Of a stretch of DNA of 64,000 nt, positions 41,300 through 55,559 are shown piece after piece. Within the stretch, counting starts at the first letter, position 1. Every line of letters starts with the position of its first letter. The stretch is from Octopus bimaculoides (taxonomy: Eukaryota): NCBI RefSeq assembly GCF_001194135.2, contig NC_068984.1:21238965-21302964 (forward strand). Reading direction: 5' to 3'. The position numbers were made by a program, and so were the translations under genes. A model generated the notes under the pieces. The model did no database searches. It was given only the letters and a program-made list of their open reading frames with translations, and was not told the DNA's origin.

Positions 41300-42293
41300 N
41301 NNNNNNNNNNNNNNNNNNNNNNNNNNNNNNNNNNNNNNNNNNNNNNNNNNNNNNNNNNNNNNNNNNNNNNNNNNNNNNNNNNNNNNNNNNNNNNNNNNNN
41401 NNNNNNNNNNNNNNNNNNNNNNNNNNNNNNNNNNNNNNNNNNNNNNNNNNNNNNNNNNNNNNNNNNNNNNNNNNNNNNNNNNNNNNNNNNNNNNNNNNNN
41501 NNNNNNNNNNNNNNNNNNNNNNNNNNNNNNNNNNNNNNNNNNNNNNNNNNNNNNNNNNNNNNNNNNNNNNNNNNNNNNNNNNNNNNNNNNNNNNNNNNNN
41601 NNNNNNNNNNNNNNNNNNNNNNNNNNNNNNNNNNNNNNNNNNNNNNNNNNNNNNNNNNNNNNNNNNNNNNNNNNNNNNNNNNNNNNNNNNNNNNNNNNNN
41701 NNNNNNNNNNNNNNNNNNNNNNNNNNNNNNNNNNNNNNNNNNNNNNNNNNNNNNNNNNNNNNNNNNNNNNNNNNNNNNNNNNNNNNNNNNNNNNNNNNNN
41801 NNNNNNNNNNNNNNNNNNNNNNNNNNNNNNNNNNNNNNNNNNNNNNNNNNNNNNNNNNNNNNNNNNNNNNNNNNNNNNNNNNNNNNNNNNNNNNNNNNNN
41901 NNNNNNNNNNNNNNNNNNNNNNNNNNNNNNNNNNNNNNNNNNNNNNNNNNNNNNNNNNNNNNNNNNNNNNNNNNNNNNNNNNNNNNNNNNNNNNNNNNNN
42001 NNNNNNNNNNNNNNNNNNNNNNNNNNNNNNNNNNNNNNNNNNNNNNNNNNNNNNNNNNNNNNNNNNNNNNNNNNNNNNNNNNNNNNNNNNNNNNNNNNNN
42101 NNNNNNNNNNNNNNNNNNNNNNNNNNNNNNNNNNNNNNNNNNNNNNNNNNNNNNNNNNNNNNNNNNNNNNNNNNNNNNNNNNNNNNNNNNNNNNNNNNNN
42201 NNNNNNNNNNNNNNNNNNNNNNNNNNNNNNNNNNNNNNNNNNNNNNNNNNNNNNNNNNNNNNNNNNNNNNNNNNNNNNNNNNNNNNNNNNNNN
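41300..42293. other. Assembly gap (N run)
   Basis: N run. Other gaps at 46639-46923, 38828-38837 and 63766-63775. Confidence 0.99.
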
Positions 42294-44919
42294 AATTATA
42301 TTGATTCCAATGCTTGATTGGTACTTATTTTATCAACCCCAAAAGGATAAAAGGCAAAGTCGACCCTAGCAGCATTTGAACTCAGAACATAAAGGCGGAT
42401 AATATACTAAGCATTTTGCCTGGTGTACTAATGTTTCTGCTAGCTTGCTGCCTTTAATACTTGTTTATTGACATTGTTTGGAATGAAACCAGCAGTATCT
42501 TGTGACATCAAGATTTTGAGGATAGGATTGGGTTTTTTTTTTTTTTTTTTTTTTTAGAATGACATAGTAGGATAGATGTGAGAGGATGAATCCAGACAGT
42601 TTGAAATATAAAACTGGCAGAACATTTGGGTCAGATATGGTCGGTTTAAATACTAAAGGGTTAAAAATGAAGTCCGTATCATAGAGCCACAGGCAGTTTT
42701 GGCAGGTGAATATCAAAAGGGTTAAAGAAAGGAAGAACATATTCCTCAGATACAGCAAGGTAAACATATCAAAATGCTTTCATATTTTAACATTTGATAA
42801 CATTTGCTTTTCCTTGAAATAATTTTTGTAATTTTTTAAAAATTTACAAGTTAATTCACTATTTTTCTATCATTTATTGTTGTTTATCATCATCATCATC
42901 ATCATTTAACATCAGCTTTTAATGGATAGTTTGATAGGAAACCAGCAAGCTACAAGGCCACATTGAGCTCCAATGTTATCATTGGTATGGCTTCTACAGC
43001 TGGATGCCATTCCTAACACAAACTACTTTACAGAGTGAATTGGGTGCTTTTTTACATGCCACTGGCACTAGTTAGGTTGCCATTTAACTTACAAGACAGA
43101 AAAAGGGAAAAAATAAAGGGAATAAGGTCCCACTACTGAGAGAAAGTATTGGTGGTGGGGAGATAGAGGTGGGTGGCTTTATGCCAAGTGTTGAAAGGCT
43201 AAAGTATGAAAGAGGGAAAGCACAAAATTACTTCAATAACCTGTTGCTTCTCTTTCATATTCCATTATTTCATAAGTTTTGATCTTTCATTGAAAGAAAA
43301 GAATACATTGGACAATGTAGGCCATCATATATAACAAAAAAGAGATACCACCATTGCCACCATCACCACCACCATCTTCATATTACATCTGTTTTCTAAG
43401 CTTGCATAACTTGAAAAGGTCAAAAGAATCCAACAGGTAAGAGGACCACATCTTACTCCAATGTCTTAGTTTTGGTAGGGCTCTTATGGCTGAAGTCATT
43501 TCCTAACACCAACCATTTATACAATATTCTTGAGGGCATCGGCACTATAGAAGCTGCTTTTGCTTTCAAAGCATTCTCAAGCCTTGCACTGCCACTGGTT
43601 TGTTTATCACTTTCTTGGCACCAGTACTGGCAAGATTACACCTGTAGTTCACAAGGTGAAACACTTAACCCCCACCCCCACCCCGAAAGCAATGTTTATG
43701 TTTATCAGTGTTAAATAGTTATATGAACAGCTATTTAATAGAGTAAACAGAGAATGATAAAATAAGAGACTGGAAATAAATATTGGTGTCAATGTGATTG
43801 ACTGGAAATAGAGATAAAAATATATTGTGTATAAACATAAAGCTATCAGAAATAGAACTATAAAGATACACAACACACAACACGTGTGTTGTGTCAGTTA
43901 TTTTTCTGTCATGTAGCTACCATGTACTTTGCTCCTGACTATTACCTATTCCTATTCCCTTTTCTCTGGGCTTGCTTCTATGTGTGTCTGATGAATGGCT
44001 ATGCCCAAAACATAGTATTTTAAAATTTCCCTTTATAACTTTTACCCTGGAGGGTCCTCTTTGATTTTTGTTATTTTAGTTTTTGAATTTGTCATTGATT
44101 ATTGATTTGTCTACACATACATACATTATATATACACACAACCACACACATGCACAGATATGAAAGTCATCCATCATTAGTAAGCAAATATGGTTTGTTA
44201 ACAATGTACCTACTTTCACATATTGTTTTAGGTGTTTATATAGTTGGAAGCAGACATAGACACCTTCTTGGCTCTCCCTACGTTTGATCCAGGAGCACAT
44301 ACATAGTGTGACAAGTGGAAGGAAAGAGCTGCACCTGGACATGGCTGGTACTCATTTCAGCTGAGTAGACTGGAACAACATCAAATAACTTGTCTTGCTC
44401 AAGGACACAACATGAGCCCACTCCAGTAATTGAACCCACAACATTATGATCACGAGCCAAATGCCCAAGCACTAAGCCAAGCACTGCATATATAACGATG
44501 GATAAATAGATAGATCGATAGATATAAAAACATGGATATAGATGCAGTTCTCTCTCCATAATCCCATTGTTCTGAGTCCAACTTACTACAGCACAGCACC
44601 TTGACTTCATGTTTGGGTAGATAGAAATAGTGAGGAAATCTATTGGCAGAATTGTGAGTGTTCTTGGATAATAAGCTTAATTAATCTGTTGCTTGGCTTA
44701 ATAAAATCAGTTTCATCTGGTCCTTGGGTGCCTTTAGCAGAGTCCCCACTGTTGCAAGTTCTGAGACCCGGTTTCTGGTTTAAGTATAATTTAATATCGT
44801 CATGCCTTACTTACTACTCTAGTAAGAAATTTAAACATGCCTTCTTCCTCTCTTTCTGAGACTTTGGAAAAAGATAAAGAGTACTGCCTTTCCTTACCAG
44901 ATTATGCCACACACACATG

Positions 44920-44982
<63 letters not shown>

Positions 44983-45089
44983 CACTACTACTAACAACAT
45001 AAGATGTCTATATAAACACAAAGATTTAAGATAAAATATAATACATAAAAGGTAAATTTCTGTCTTTCTCTTGGTTCTATAAAAATATC

Positions 45090-45906
45090 TTTCAGTGGTG
45101 AAGCATGACCTTCGAACATTGGGCCTCACAGAGGCAATGACAGGAAACCGAGACCTTTGGAGATATGCTGTGAATGAGAAGACCTGGCAACTAAAGTGAG
45201 ATCGCAGCCATGGCCAATGCCAGTGTTGCATGTCCGGCCCATTTAAGAGTACCCTTGATGTGTCAGGTGATATGATATGCTTGTGAAAACCTGTTGAGTC
45301 AAATAAAACCAAAATCGTAGCTGCGGCCAGTGCCCCTTGACTGGCTCCCATTCTGGTGGAATGTAGAATACATCATTTGAACATGACCGATGCCAGTGTC
45401 CCCTGACTGGCTCCTGTGCTGGTGGCACATAAAAAAGCACCATCTGAACGTGGTCGATGCCAGGTCCGCCTGACTGGCTCCCATGCCGGTGGCACATAAA
45501 AAGCACCATCTGAACATGGCCGATGCCAGTACTCCTTGACTAGCTCCTGTGCCGGTGGCACGTAAAAAGCACCATCCGAATGTGGCCAATGTCAGTACCC
45601 CTGACTGGCTCCTGTGCCGGTGGCACATAAAAAGCACTATCCAAACGTGATTGATGCCAGGCCCACCTCACTGGCTCCAGCGCTAGTAGCACATAAAAAG
45701 CACCCACTACATACTCGGAGTAGTTGGCGTTAGGAAGGGCATCCAGCTGCAGAAACATTGCCAGATCAGATTGGAGCCTGGTGCAGCCTAGTGCAGCCTA
45801 GTGCAGCCTGGTGCAGCCTAGTGCAGCCGCTGGCTCTCCAGACTTCAGTCAAACCATCCAACCCATGCCAGCATGAAAAACAGACATTAAACAATGATGA
45901 CGATGA

Positions 45907-45910
<4 letters not shown>
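45090..45910 (+). mobile_element. RTE LINE 3' end: ORF terminus + 3' UTR with six ~66-bp tandem units and a 5x 10-bp repeat
   Basis: VVKHDLRTLGLTEAMTGNRDLWRYAVNEKTWQLK-stop; t(g/c)act(g/a)gctc recurs at 45338, 45404, 45471, 45537, 45602 and 45668; gtgcagcct(a/g) repeats ~45780-45830. Confidence 0.8.
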
Positions 45911-45967
<57 letters not shown>

Positions 45968-46638
45968 TATAATTTTTTATTTATACATTTATCTATTATG
46001 TCCCTCTCTTCTCTTTCTCACAAACATACATATAAGAAAGAATATAAAACACATTTATATATAAATATATATATTTTTAAGGTAATGAAAACTGTCAAAC
46101 TATTGTAATAAATACATTTAACATGATACAATATTTTCAGGTTTTAAAAACTAGCAACAGCCAATAGTAACCTGGAGATGATACTGGTTGCTTTTGATGA
46201 TGGTAGTAGTGGAAATGTTGATAATGGCAGTGATATGCATTGTAGGGAAGGTAGAGAGGTCACGTGACAATGGTAGTGGTGTCACTGGTGGTGATGGTAG
46301 CAGTAGTAGAGGTGATAATTTGATATCATTGGATCATAGTGACAGTAATGAGTGATAATGTTGTTGTGATAGTGATAATGAAGATGAAGAAGATGATGTA
46401 CTGTGTTGTTGATTTCGATAGGAAGAGAATAGAGAGGGTGTGAGAGGAGATAGATGTGTGAGAGAAAAAGAGATGGAGAGTGGAAGAAAGTGTGCAAGAG
46501 AAAGAAGGGAGGAGAAAAAGAAAGACAAATACAGAGAGAACAAGAAAGGGAGTAAGAGAAGAGCAGAGGAAAACTAAGGGATTGAGAAAATGTATGTAAA
46601 AGAATGCATAAAAGGAATGGGAGGGGGGAAGAGAGGGG

Positions 46639-46923
46639 NNNNNNNNNNNNNNNNNNNNNNNNNNNNNNNNNNNNNNNNNNNNNNNNNNNNNNNNNNNNNN
46701 NNNNNNNNNNNNNNNNNNNNNNNNNNNNNNNNNNNNNNNNNNNNNNNNNNNNNNNNNNNNNNNNNNNNNNNNNNNNNNNNNNNNNNNNNNNNNNNNNNNN
46801 NNNNNNNNNNNNNNNNNNNNNNNNNNNNNNNNNNNNNNNNNNNNNNNNNNNNNNNNNNNNNNNNNNNNNNNNNNNNNNNNNNNNNNNNNNNNNNNNNNNN
46901 NNNNNNNNNNNNNNNNNNNNNNN
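46639..46923. other. Assembly gap (N run)
   Basis: N run flanked by a GA-rich tract. Confidence 0.99.
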
Positions 46924-48956
46924 GTTTGTCACAAGAGTGATACATGGACAGGTTGCAAAAGAATGTAGGAGTTTATACACTAAAATCAGGGTGAATAGGA
47001 GTGCCACCAAGAGTTGATCCAGGAACCTTACAGATTCTGAATTAACCTAACTACCAATGAATAAAGTGCCTTCTCTCGGTTATCAGCTCAAAGCTCAGAG
47101 ACTCTGGTTAAAGATCATAGGTACAGCTTTTTCTCCCATGACCCAGCGAGAGAGAGAGAGAGAGAGAGATACTAAATCAACCTTAGTATGAAGCTGGTAC
47201 TTATTTTGTAGTCCCACTTCCTGACCTCCAGGAAGGCTGAAAACTTGAAGTTAACTTTAGTAGGATTTGAACAGAAGACATAAAAATTCATACAATAACC
47301 ACAGCAAGTCATTTTGTCCAGGGCTCCAATCGTAACAATAATGATTTCTACAATGGACCCAAAGCCACAAATTAAGAGGGGTAGGGGAATGATCAGTTTA
47401 ATCAATCTCCAGTAATTAATCAGTAGTTATTTTCGTAAACCCTTCCCTGGTGCCCCACCACATGGAAGGGTCAAAATGTGAAGTCAACCTTGGTGGTGGC
47501 TGTGTGGTAAGTAGCTTGCTTACCAACCACATGGCTCTGGGTTCAGTCCCACTGTGTGGCACCTTGGGCAAGTGTTTTCTATTGTCGCCTCAGGCCGACC
47601 AAAGCCTTGTGAGTGGATTTGGTAGATGGAAACTGAAAGAAACCTGTTGTATATATGTATATATATGTGTGTGTATATGTTTGTATGTCTGTGTTTGCCC
47701 CACCAACATCGCTTGACAACTGATGCTGGTGTGTTTACATCCCCGTCACTTAGTGGTTCAGCAAAAGAGACCGATAGAATAAGTACTAGGCTTACAAAGA
47801 ATAAGTCCTGGGGTCGATTTGCTCGACTAAAGGCGGTGCTCCAGCATGGCCGCAGTCAAATGACTGAAACAAGTAAAAGAGTAAGTATTAATTAGAAAAG
47901 AGATGTAACAAATACCACAAGGTAATTTGTCCAAATGCTTCACCATTTCTGTTATTCACTTTTATGCTGCATTTAAATTAAAATCATGTTGTTATAAACA
48001 CAGGCATGGGCCAACCAAAGCCTTATGAGTGGACTTGACAGACAGAAACAAAGAAAAGCCTCTGTGTGTGTGTGTGTGTGTGTGTATGGAGGGAAGGGGG
48101 TTGTTTGTGCCTCTTAGTCTAGACATCATATGATAATTGTAAAAGAGAGTCACCATTATACAATGTCATTCATTTTCAATCTTTTGTGAAAACGTATCTA
48201 GTCATGGAGAAGTATTAAGTTTTCCTGGAAACAGGTGAGGGCTGGCAAGAGAAAAGGGCATACAACTAAAAAAATCTGCCTCAACAAATTCCATCTGATC
48301 CATGCAAGCATGGAATGGTAGTTGTTAAAATGATGACGCTGTTTAGCTCCTAGTCAGGGCTGAGCAAATAAACCTTCGATCAAAACCAGCCCACTCTCAG
48401 CTTTCTTAATTTTCTTTAAAAGCTATGATTACATGATCTAAAATATCGTTGCATTAATAAGAAGGTAGAATGTGAGTCGGAGAGAAATTTAGTGGTCATT
48501 TCTAAGTAGATTGAGTAACAACATAGAAACTTCCGAGTTGGCTTCTAAAAGAAGAAAAGAAAAAAGATACTTTAAAAAAAAAAAAAAAGATTATTTTAAC
48601 AGTGATATTAGTTTAAAACAATGTCATACCTCCTACTACAATTGCTCTCTCTGATAATGATAGTGGGAGTGATTTTGTAAGTGAGAACAATTAAGGGAGG
48701 TTGCTCATGTGAATTGATTGGCAGTCCGACATATCTATTAAGGAGAAAAGGAGTGTGACACAGCAACAGGAACACAACATACACATACAAACGTGAATAT
48801 AGATAGGCACATATATAATGGAGTAGAACAACAGGCATGCTTATGTGTGTGTGTATAGTAGTATATTTATATTTATATATACAAATATAAGACAAAAGCA
48901 TATATAAATATATAAATATACATTAGAATTAAAAATGTACTCACATATGAGGTGGG

Positions 48957-48989
<33 letters not shown>

Positions 48990-49439
48990 ACATAATTTTA
49001 TAGTTTCAACAGCTCAGAATGTATGATATAACCATATAGGGGCATAGCTGTCACTGTTGTTCCATCCATTGTTCTGTAGGTCGTTTTTAATAAATGAAAG
49101 AATTTTACCACCATTGCCCTCCTGCATTTTTTACTATGATATAGGTCCATCAGGAATCATAGACAACAGAATGTCAAAGTTTTGTTAAAATATTTCTACA
49201 TCCACTTCACACAGATCTTTGCCTCTTCAGCAGAATTTGTAGACATCTCCATTCTCTGCTGCCAACTGATACTGTCTACTAACATCAGCTCAGCAACAGA
49301 GAAACCACTGGATGAGAGAAATGGTTAACACACTCCCTCAACAGAAGACTGGTGCCAGGTTGCCTCAAAGCAATAATGGCTGTGTGTCATTAAACTGAAC
49401 CCATAGCCAGTTCTGGGTTGGTGTAGGTCTTTTAACCCT

Positions 49440-49900
49440 AAGCTCATTACATGTTATATGCAAACCTAAGCTTAGAAATATGTTAGAGGGTTAATTGCAA
49501 AATGCTAGACATTTTTCAGCATTATACTGCAAATTGTTTTCTGCAGTCCATTAGTATATTACAATGAGGCCTTTCTGGAGGTCTTTCATATCATTGGGAT
49601 TTTTGATTGCTTTTGATATTTTCATATTGTCAGTATAGCTAATGAGAGTGGCTGTTGCTGTAACTGAGAGCATGTCAAATAGAGACACTACAAACAGTAG
49701 TGGTCTCAAGACGGTTTCCAAAGAGAGTCCACTTTGAAACATTATGTCCCTTCAAAGAGCACCACAGAATGTAACAGTCTCTTAAAAAGACACGCAGCCA
49801 CTCTCAGCTCCTAGTTTTCCAATTATGCCAAGTTCACGTAATCTGTGATAAACCATTCCATAAGCAAATTTATTAAAGATCTTTATAAAATTCTGATAAA
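49440..49900 (-). mobile_element. Degraded CR1/L2-like reverse transcriptase fragment
   Basis: ETVLRPLLF...LISYTDNMKISKAIKNPNDMKDLQ corresponds to degenerate QGTVLGPLLF...YADDTKI RT motifs. Confidence 0.7.
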
Positions 49901-49941
49901 CGACATTCACATTTTAATAGTTAGACAACAACAACAACAAC

Positions 49942-49986
<45 letters not shown>

Positions 49987-50207
49987 CTCTGCTATTATAG
50001 GCACAAGGCCTGAAATTTTGTGGGACTAGTCTATCACATTGAGCTCAAAACTTGAATGGTACTTGTTTCACCCACTCTGAAAAGATGGAAAGCAAAGTCA
50101 ACCTTGGTGGAATTTGATCTCAGAACGTAAAGCCAGAAAAAAGGCCGCAAAGCATTTTGTCTGATGTGCTAACAATTCTGTCAGCTCACTACCTCAATAA
50201 TAATAGA

Positions 50208-50238
<31 letters not shown>

Positions 50239-50365
50239 CGTGCGTGTGTAAGAGAGAGAGAGAGAGTATTATCATTTGTGGAAAGATATTCTGAGAGACC
50301 TTTCACAACAGGCTGTTGTCTACTCCCACAGAATTAACCATAGCAAGTAAGATCCTGATCTCTGA

Positions 50366-50396
<31 letters not shown>

Positions 50397-50687
50397 CATC
50401 ATCATCATCGTTTAATGTCCGCTTTCCATGCTAGCATGGGTTGGACGATTTGACTGAGAACTGGTGAAACCGGATGGCAACACCAGACTCCAATCTGATT
50501 TGGCAGAGTTTCTACAGCTGGATGCCCTTCCTAACACCAACCACTCAGAGAGTGTAGTGGGTGCTTTTACGTGCCACCGGCACAAAGGCCAGTCAGACGG
50601 TACTGGCAACGGCCACGCTCAAAATGGTGTATTTTATGTGCCACCCGTACAAGAGCCAGTCCAGGGGCACTGGCAACGATCTCGCTC

Positions 50688-50728
<41 letters not shown>

Positions 50729-51712
50729 TGATAATAATAATAATAATCCTCATCATCATTCTAATGTCCATTTTTCTATGCTTTCATGGGTCAGATGAAA
50801 TTTACAAAGACAAATTTTCCACTGCCTGAATTCTTCCAGTTGCCAACCACACCTGTTTCCAAGCCAGGTAATATTTTGTCAAAGTTGAATATGTTTTTAC
50901 AGTAGTTTGGAAGTGAAGGATACTGTTTGTATGATGGTGATATTCATTCTGTATTTATTGCATGATGTAAGACAAGGACATGCACGCACGCACACGCTTC
51001 TTTCAGTTTCTGTTTCACAAATCGACTCACAAAGATTTGATTAAACCAGGGCTACAGTAGAAGACACTTACCCAAGGTGTCACACAGTAGAACTCAACTC
51101 AAAATATATAGTGGGAAAGCATGCTTCTTAACCACACAACCATGCTTGCAATAATACACAGTCATAATGATGCAGAAGCTGTGGGTAGCAACTTCTTAAA
51201 TGGAAACCCTGCTGAGTGTTGGTTAGCAATTCATTTTCTTCTGCAAACATGATTATTTTCTCTTTGCATGTTTGTTCCACGAGTTTTAGCAATTAAGCAT
51301 CCTTCTCTCCTAAAACATTTAGCAAAGGGAATAAACTGACCTCACTGTTCCAGAAGAAAAGACAAGAATGTTCACATGTCGATCCAAGCAAGATTCATAT
51401 AGGATTACTCAACAACAACAACAACAACACAATCATATGACTTTCTGTAACTTACTGTAAAACTCAAGACTGCTACCTGTAATTTTACACCACACAAAAG
51501 CCTGTTAAATTAGCATTTGCCTCTTTTAAACTATTTATTATCACTTTTTAATTTTTTTTTTTAATTTAAAAACAATATTTCAAATTTTTTTTACCTTTAA
51601 AATAACTACATGAAATACCAAATGAAAGGGTGTGTGTTTCCATACGAACATTGACTTGGGGTTTTGCAAACCTATATTTACTAACACTGAGCAATCATTA
51701 TTCATTCATTAC

Positions 51713-51743
<31 letters not shown>

Positions 51744-52444
51744 CAATAAGTTCAATCTCCCCATTACAATATCTATCCCTCTCTTAAACTCCCCAGACAC
51801 ACATTGACACAGTAGAAACGGAATGACTACTTAGGTATGGTGTTGTGCCACCAGCTCATTGGGTTTCATTTCAAATCATCATTAGGAATTTCATTAAAGA
51901 GTATTAAGGGGTAGTATTATATATTCTACTTGTCTCAGTTCACCAAGCTGGTGAGCAACAAGTACTAAATATTTAGGAATGTTAAGGTGAAGAAATGACA
52001 AAATTGTTAGAGCTTCAGACAAAATGTCTTGCAATATTTGTTCCACTTCATTGCATTCCAAGTTCAAATCATACTGTGGTCAACTTTACCTTTCATCCTT
52101 CCAGTCACTACATACAATATCCATCCAGAGCATCAGAGAATGCTTGCAGTACTTGTTCTAGCTCTATGCATTCTGAGTTCAAATCACACTAAGATACACT
52201 TTCCCTCCCATCCTTCCAGTGTCAATAAATAAATACCAGTCCAAACAGAATTATCACAGCATTTGACAAAATACTTCCTGATATTTGTGTGCTTTTTATG
52301 TTTTAAGTGTTCAGGCAGGTTTAACAATATCATCTGCGTTTAGCGCAGTGTTTCTCATGGAAAGCGCATGGTTTAGTGATTAGGGAATTTGGCTGATGAT
52401 GATAAGGTTGTCAGTTCAATTCCTGATAGCATGTTGTGCCCTTG

Positions 52445-52822
52445 TGGAGGCACAATGGCCCAGTGGTTAGGGCAGCGGACTCGCGGTCATAGGATCGCGG
52501 TTTCAATTTCCAGACCGGGTGTTGTGAGTGTTTATTGAGCGAAAACACCTAAAGCTCCACGAAGCTCCGGCAGGGGATGGTGGCGAACCCTGCTGTACTC
52601 TTTCACCACAACTTTCTCTCACTCTTACTTCCTGTTGTGCCTGTAATTCAAAGGGTCAGCCTTGTCACACTGTGTCACGCTGAATATCCCCGAGAATTAC
52701 GTTAAGGGTACACATGTCTGTGGAGTGCTCAGCTACTTGCATGTTAATTTCACGAGCAGGCTGTTCTGTTGATCGGATCAACTGGAACCCTCGACATTGT
52801 AAGTGACTGAGTACCAGCAACA
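52445..52822 (+). mobile_element. OR-headed SINE with Ceph-like domain, nested in an older Ceph-like SINE; 12-bp TSD GTTGTGCCCTTG
   Basis: Identical 12-mer at 52433-52444 and 52823-52834; the body cctgtaattcaaaggg...gatcaactggaa is repeated in the host at ~52880-53060 and reversed at ~37590-37870. Confidence 0.85.
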
Positions 52823-54464
52823 GTTGTGCCCTTGAGCAAAATACTTTATTCCACGTTGCTCCAGTCCACTCCACTAGCAAAAATAAGTTGTACCTGTAAT
52901 TCAAAAGGGCCAGCTTTGTCACATTCTGTGTCACACTGAATCTGCCTGAGAACTATGTTAAGGGTATGCATGTCTGTAGAGACCTCTGCCACTTTTACAT
53001 TAATTTCATGAGTCGGCTGTTCTGGTGATCAGATCAACTGGAATACTTGTCGTTATAACTGACAGAGAGTCAAGCCATTTCTCAATGTAAGGATTGTAAA
53101 GGAGGTGGACAAATTATCATGTTGAATAAAACTGAAATATTTTAAAGTTTTTAAACATGTCCACCACCATGTTAAATAAAGAAGAATTTATGCAGATGTA
53201 TTTATAGAGGTTAGGGTGTCAAAAAATTTCACCAGTATTTTTTTTGTGGGTTGAAGGGCTGCTGGTGTTTGTCAGCCTGAGAATCACATTTCTAGTAGAC
53301 ATGATGAAGTTAAAACAATTCTTAAAAGAAGTCAACAGGAAACTAACTTCGCATTTTCTCCATTAAAATTCACTGATAAGCACACAGTACTTCTCAAGGA
53401 GTCACAAGAGGCCATTTGATGACTTGATGGCATGAGGAAGATCTTGGAATGCTATTTGTGGCATATTGGAATCCTGATCCAGAAATAATTAATCATACAT
53501 CCACTGAATGTGACCATAAGGCTAGAACTAAACAAAAAGCTGTTAAGAGCATTTTCATACTACCTTTTATATCAAACATGCATTCAGATATCGTTTTACA
53601 TACATTCAAACACCTTTACCAACACTGCTACCACCACCATCAACAAACCACACAGTCACTAAACAATGACTCAAGTAAGGTTTATCAAGAATGCATGCAA
53701 CACTACTACTACCTCCACCACCACCACCAACATCAACAACACAAACACAATAATAGAGAACTACATTTAATGTATACAAAGAAATAACCATATAGAGTAA
53801 TATATAATGGCCATTATGGTTTAAGCCAATCCTTCCTGAACCTCCCAATCTATTCACAACAAATTGCAAATAACTATGAAAAATGTAAATAGGAATAATT
53901 TGTTTACACAGATAACTAAAGGAAACTATTTAAAACAGAAGACCAATCACTCATGCAAGGGACACAATCCATTGTTACAATAACCCTTTTGTTGCCGTAT
54001 TTATTTTGAGATGCTCTGTGTTTCTTTCAATTTATTTTGAATATGATGAAGAATTTAGTAAAATAACTTAGTTATCATTAAGCTAGTGTCAGGAACACAA
54101 ATTGTGACTAAGATTTGGTGGAATATTTTAATTCAGAACTTTTGAAAACAAGACATTTGTACTACAGAGCTAGAGGTTAACAAAGAATAAATCTAAACAT
54201 TTTGCAGTGACATTACTAAGAGCACTAAACCCACATTTGTAGTTTTTATGGAACTAAAAGATTTTACCATCAGTTACAGCATCCATGTAATAATAATTCA
54301 GGAAATATTCTTACTATTAGAAAACAGGCACCCACCATTCCAAATATGTTCAAATCAAATTAGACAGGTCCTTTTATCATACATAAGAGCAATGACATTT
54401 ATAAACAAATAAGGGGAAAAATACTAGAAATGCTGGCTTTTAAAATAAAACTAGGAACAAAAAT

Positions 54465-54497
<33 letters not shown>

Positions 54498-54836
54498 GCA
54501 AAGATGTGGCCTAGACATACACATAGCTATGTAGTTAAGAAATTCACTTCCCAACCACAAAGTTTCACATTCAGTTCTACTGTGCATTACATTGGGTTAT
54601 AGGTCTGAGTCAACAAAGGCCTTGTGAGTAAATTTGGTAGATGGAAACTGAAAGAAGCTTGTACATACACACAATTTGTGTATGTGTGTGTGTGTACATG
54701 TGTATGTATGTGTGTACTTGTATTTGTATGTGTGTGTACATGTGCATGTATGTGTATGTACGTGTATGTGCATATATATGCATGTATCTATGTGTATGTA
54801 TGTATATATGTGTGCATATGTATGTATGTATGGGTA

Positions 54837-54867
<31 letters not shown>

Positions 54868-55559
54868 GAATAAAGAGGACAGTGGAAAGAGTGCAGTATG
54901 TCCAGAATGTCCACTGCACTTTGTACAATTTGTTTGTTCATACTGGAATGTACAGTATAGTCCTTAGCTAGACAAAGATAAGCTATGACTGGAAAGATTG
55001 ATCAGTGAGCCACACCACATCGTTTGGCTAATTACCTATGTGTCCAAGGCTGACCTGGGTCTACACAACAACATCAGACTTACAGAGGGGCCAACAAGGC
55101 AGCTTCAATGTAATTGCTCATCCCACTGTCTTTAAAGAAGAAGGACATATTTGACAATATACTCCTAAATGTTTACAAATGGAATAGTCAAAGCTGGAAT
55201 GCCTTTGATTGTAGGTCAGATACACACAAGATGGGCTTCTCTCAGTTTCCAACTACCAAATCCAAAAATTCACTCTAAAGGCTTTAGTTGACCCAGGGCT
55301 ATAGCAGAAGACACTTGCCCAAGATGTCATGCAGCAAGACTGAACCAAGACCAAATGGTGGAGAAGCAAGTTTCTTATCCCTGCAGCCATACCTGGCCAC
55401 CTCATGAAAAACAGAACCTCCATAGATTTTATAAGGACGCAAACATAAGGCAATTGGTGAACCCACATTTTTTGAAAGACACTTCTAAAAAAAAACGAAA
55501 ATCTCAATTCACGTATTAAGCATCCTTGTGTTTATTTACAATGAAAAATAGTTGTTTAC

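Noticed and set aside
45330-45720. CRISPR-like array (conserved core with variable segments)
   Set aside because: Whole units are homologous, there are no unique spacers or cas genes, and the array lies in a eukaryotic RTE 3' UTR.
38372-47017. Long ORFs in the track (38372-38929, 40443-40995, 41265-42317, 46282-47017)
   Set aside because: These are products of GAAA or TATG repeats or N runs, not coding.
49432-49494. TTAA-CCCT...AGGG-TTAA 55-bp piggyBac-like mini-element
   Set aside because: The TIR match is only 4 bp; compatible with chance or a decayed remnant.
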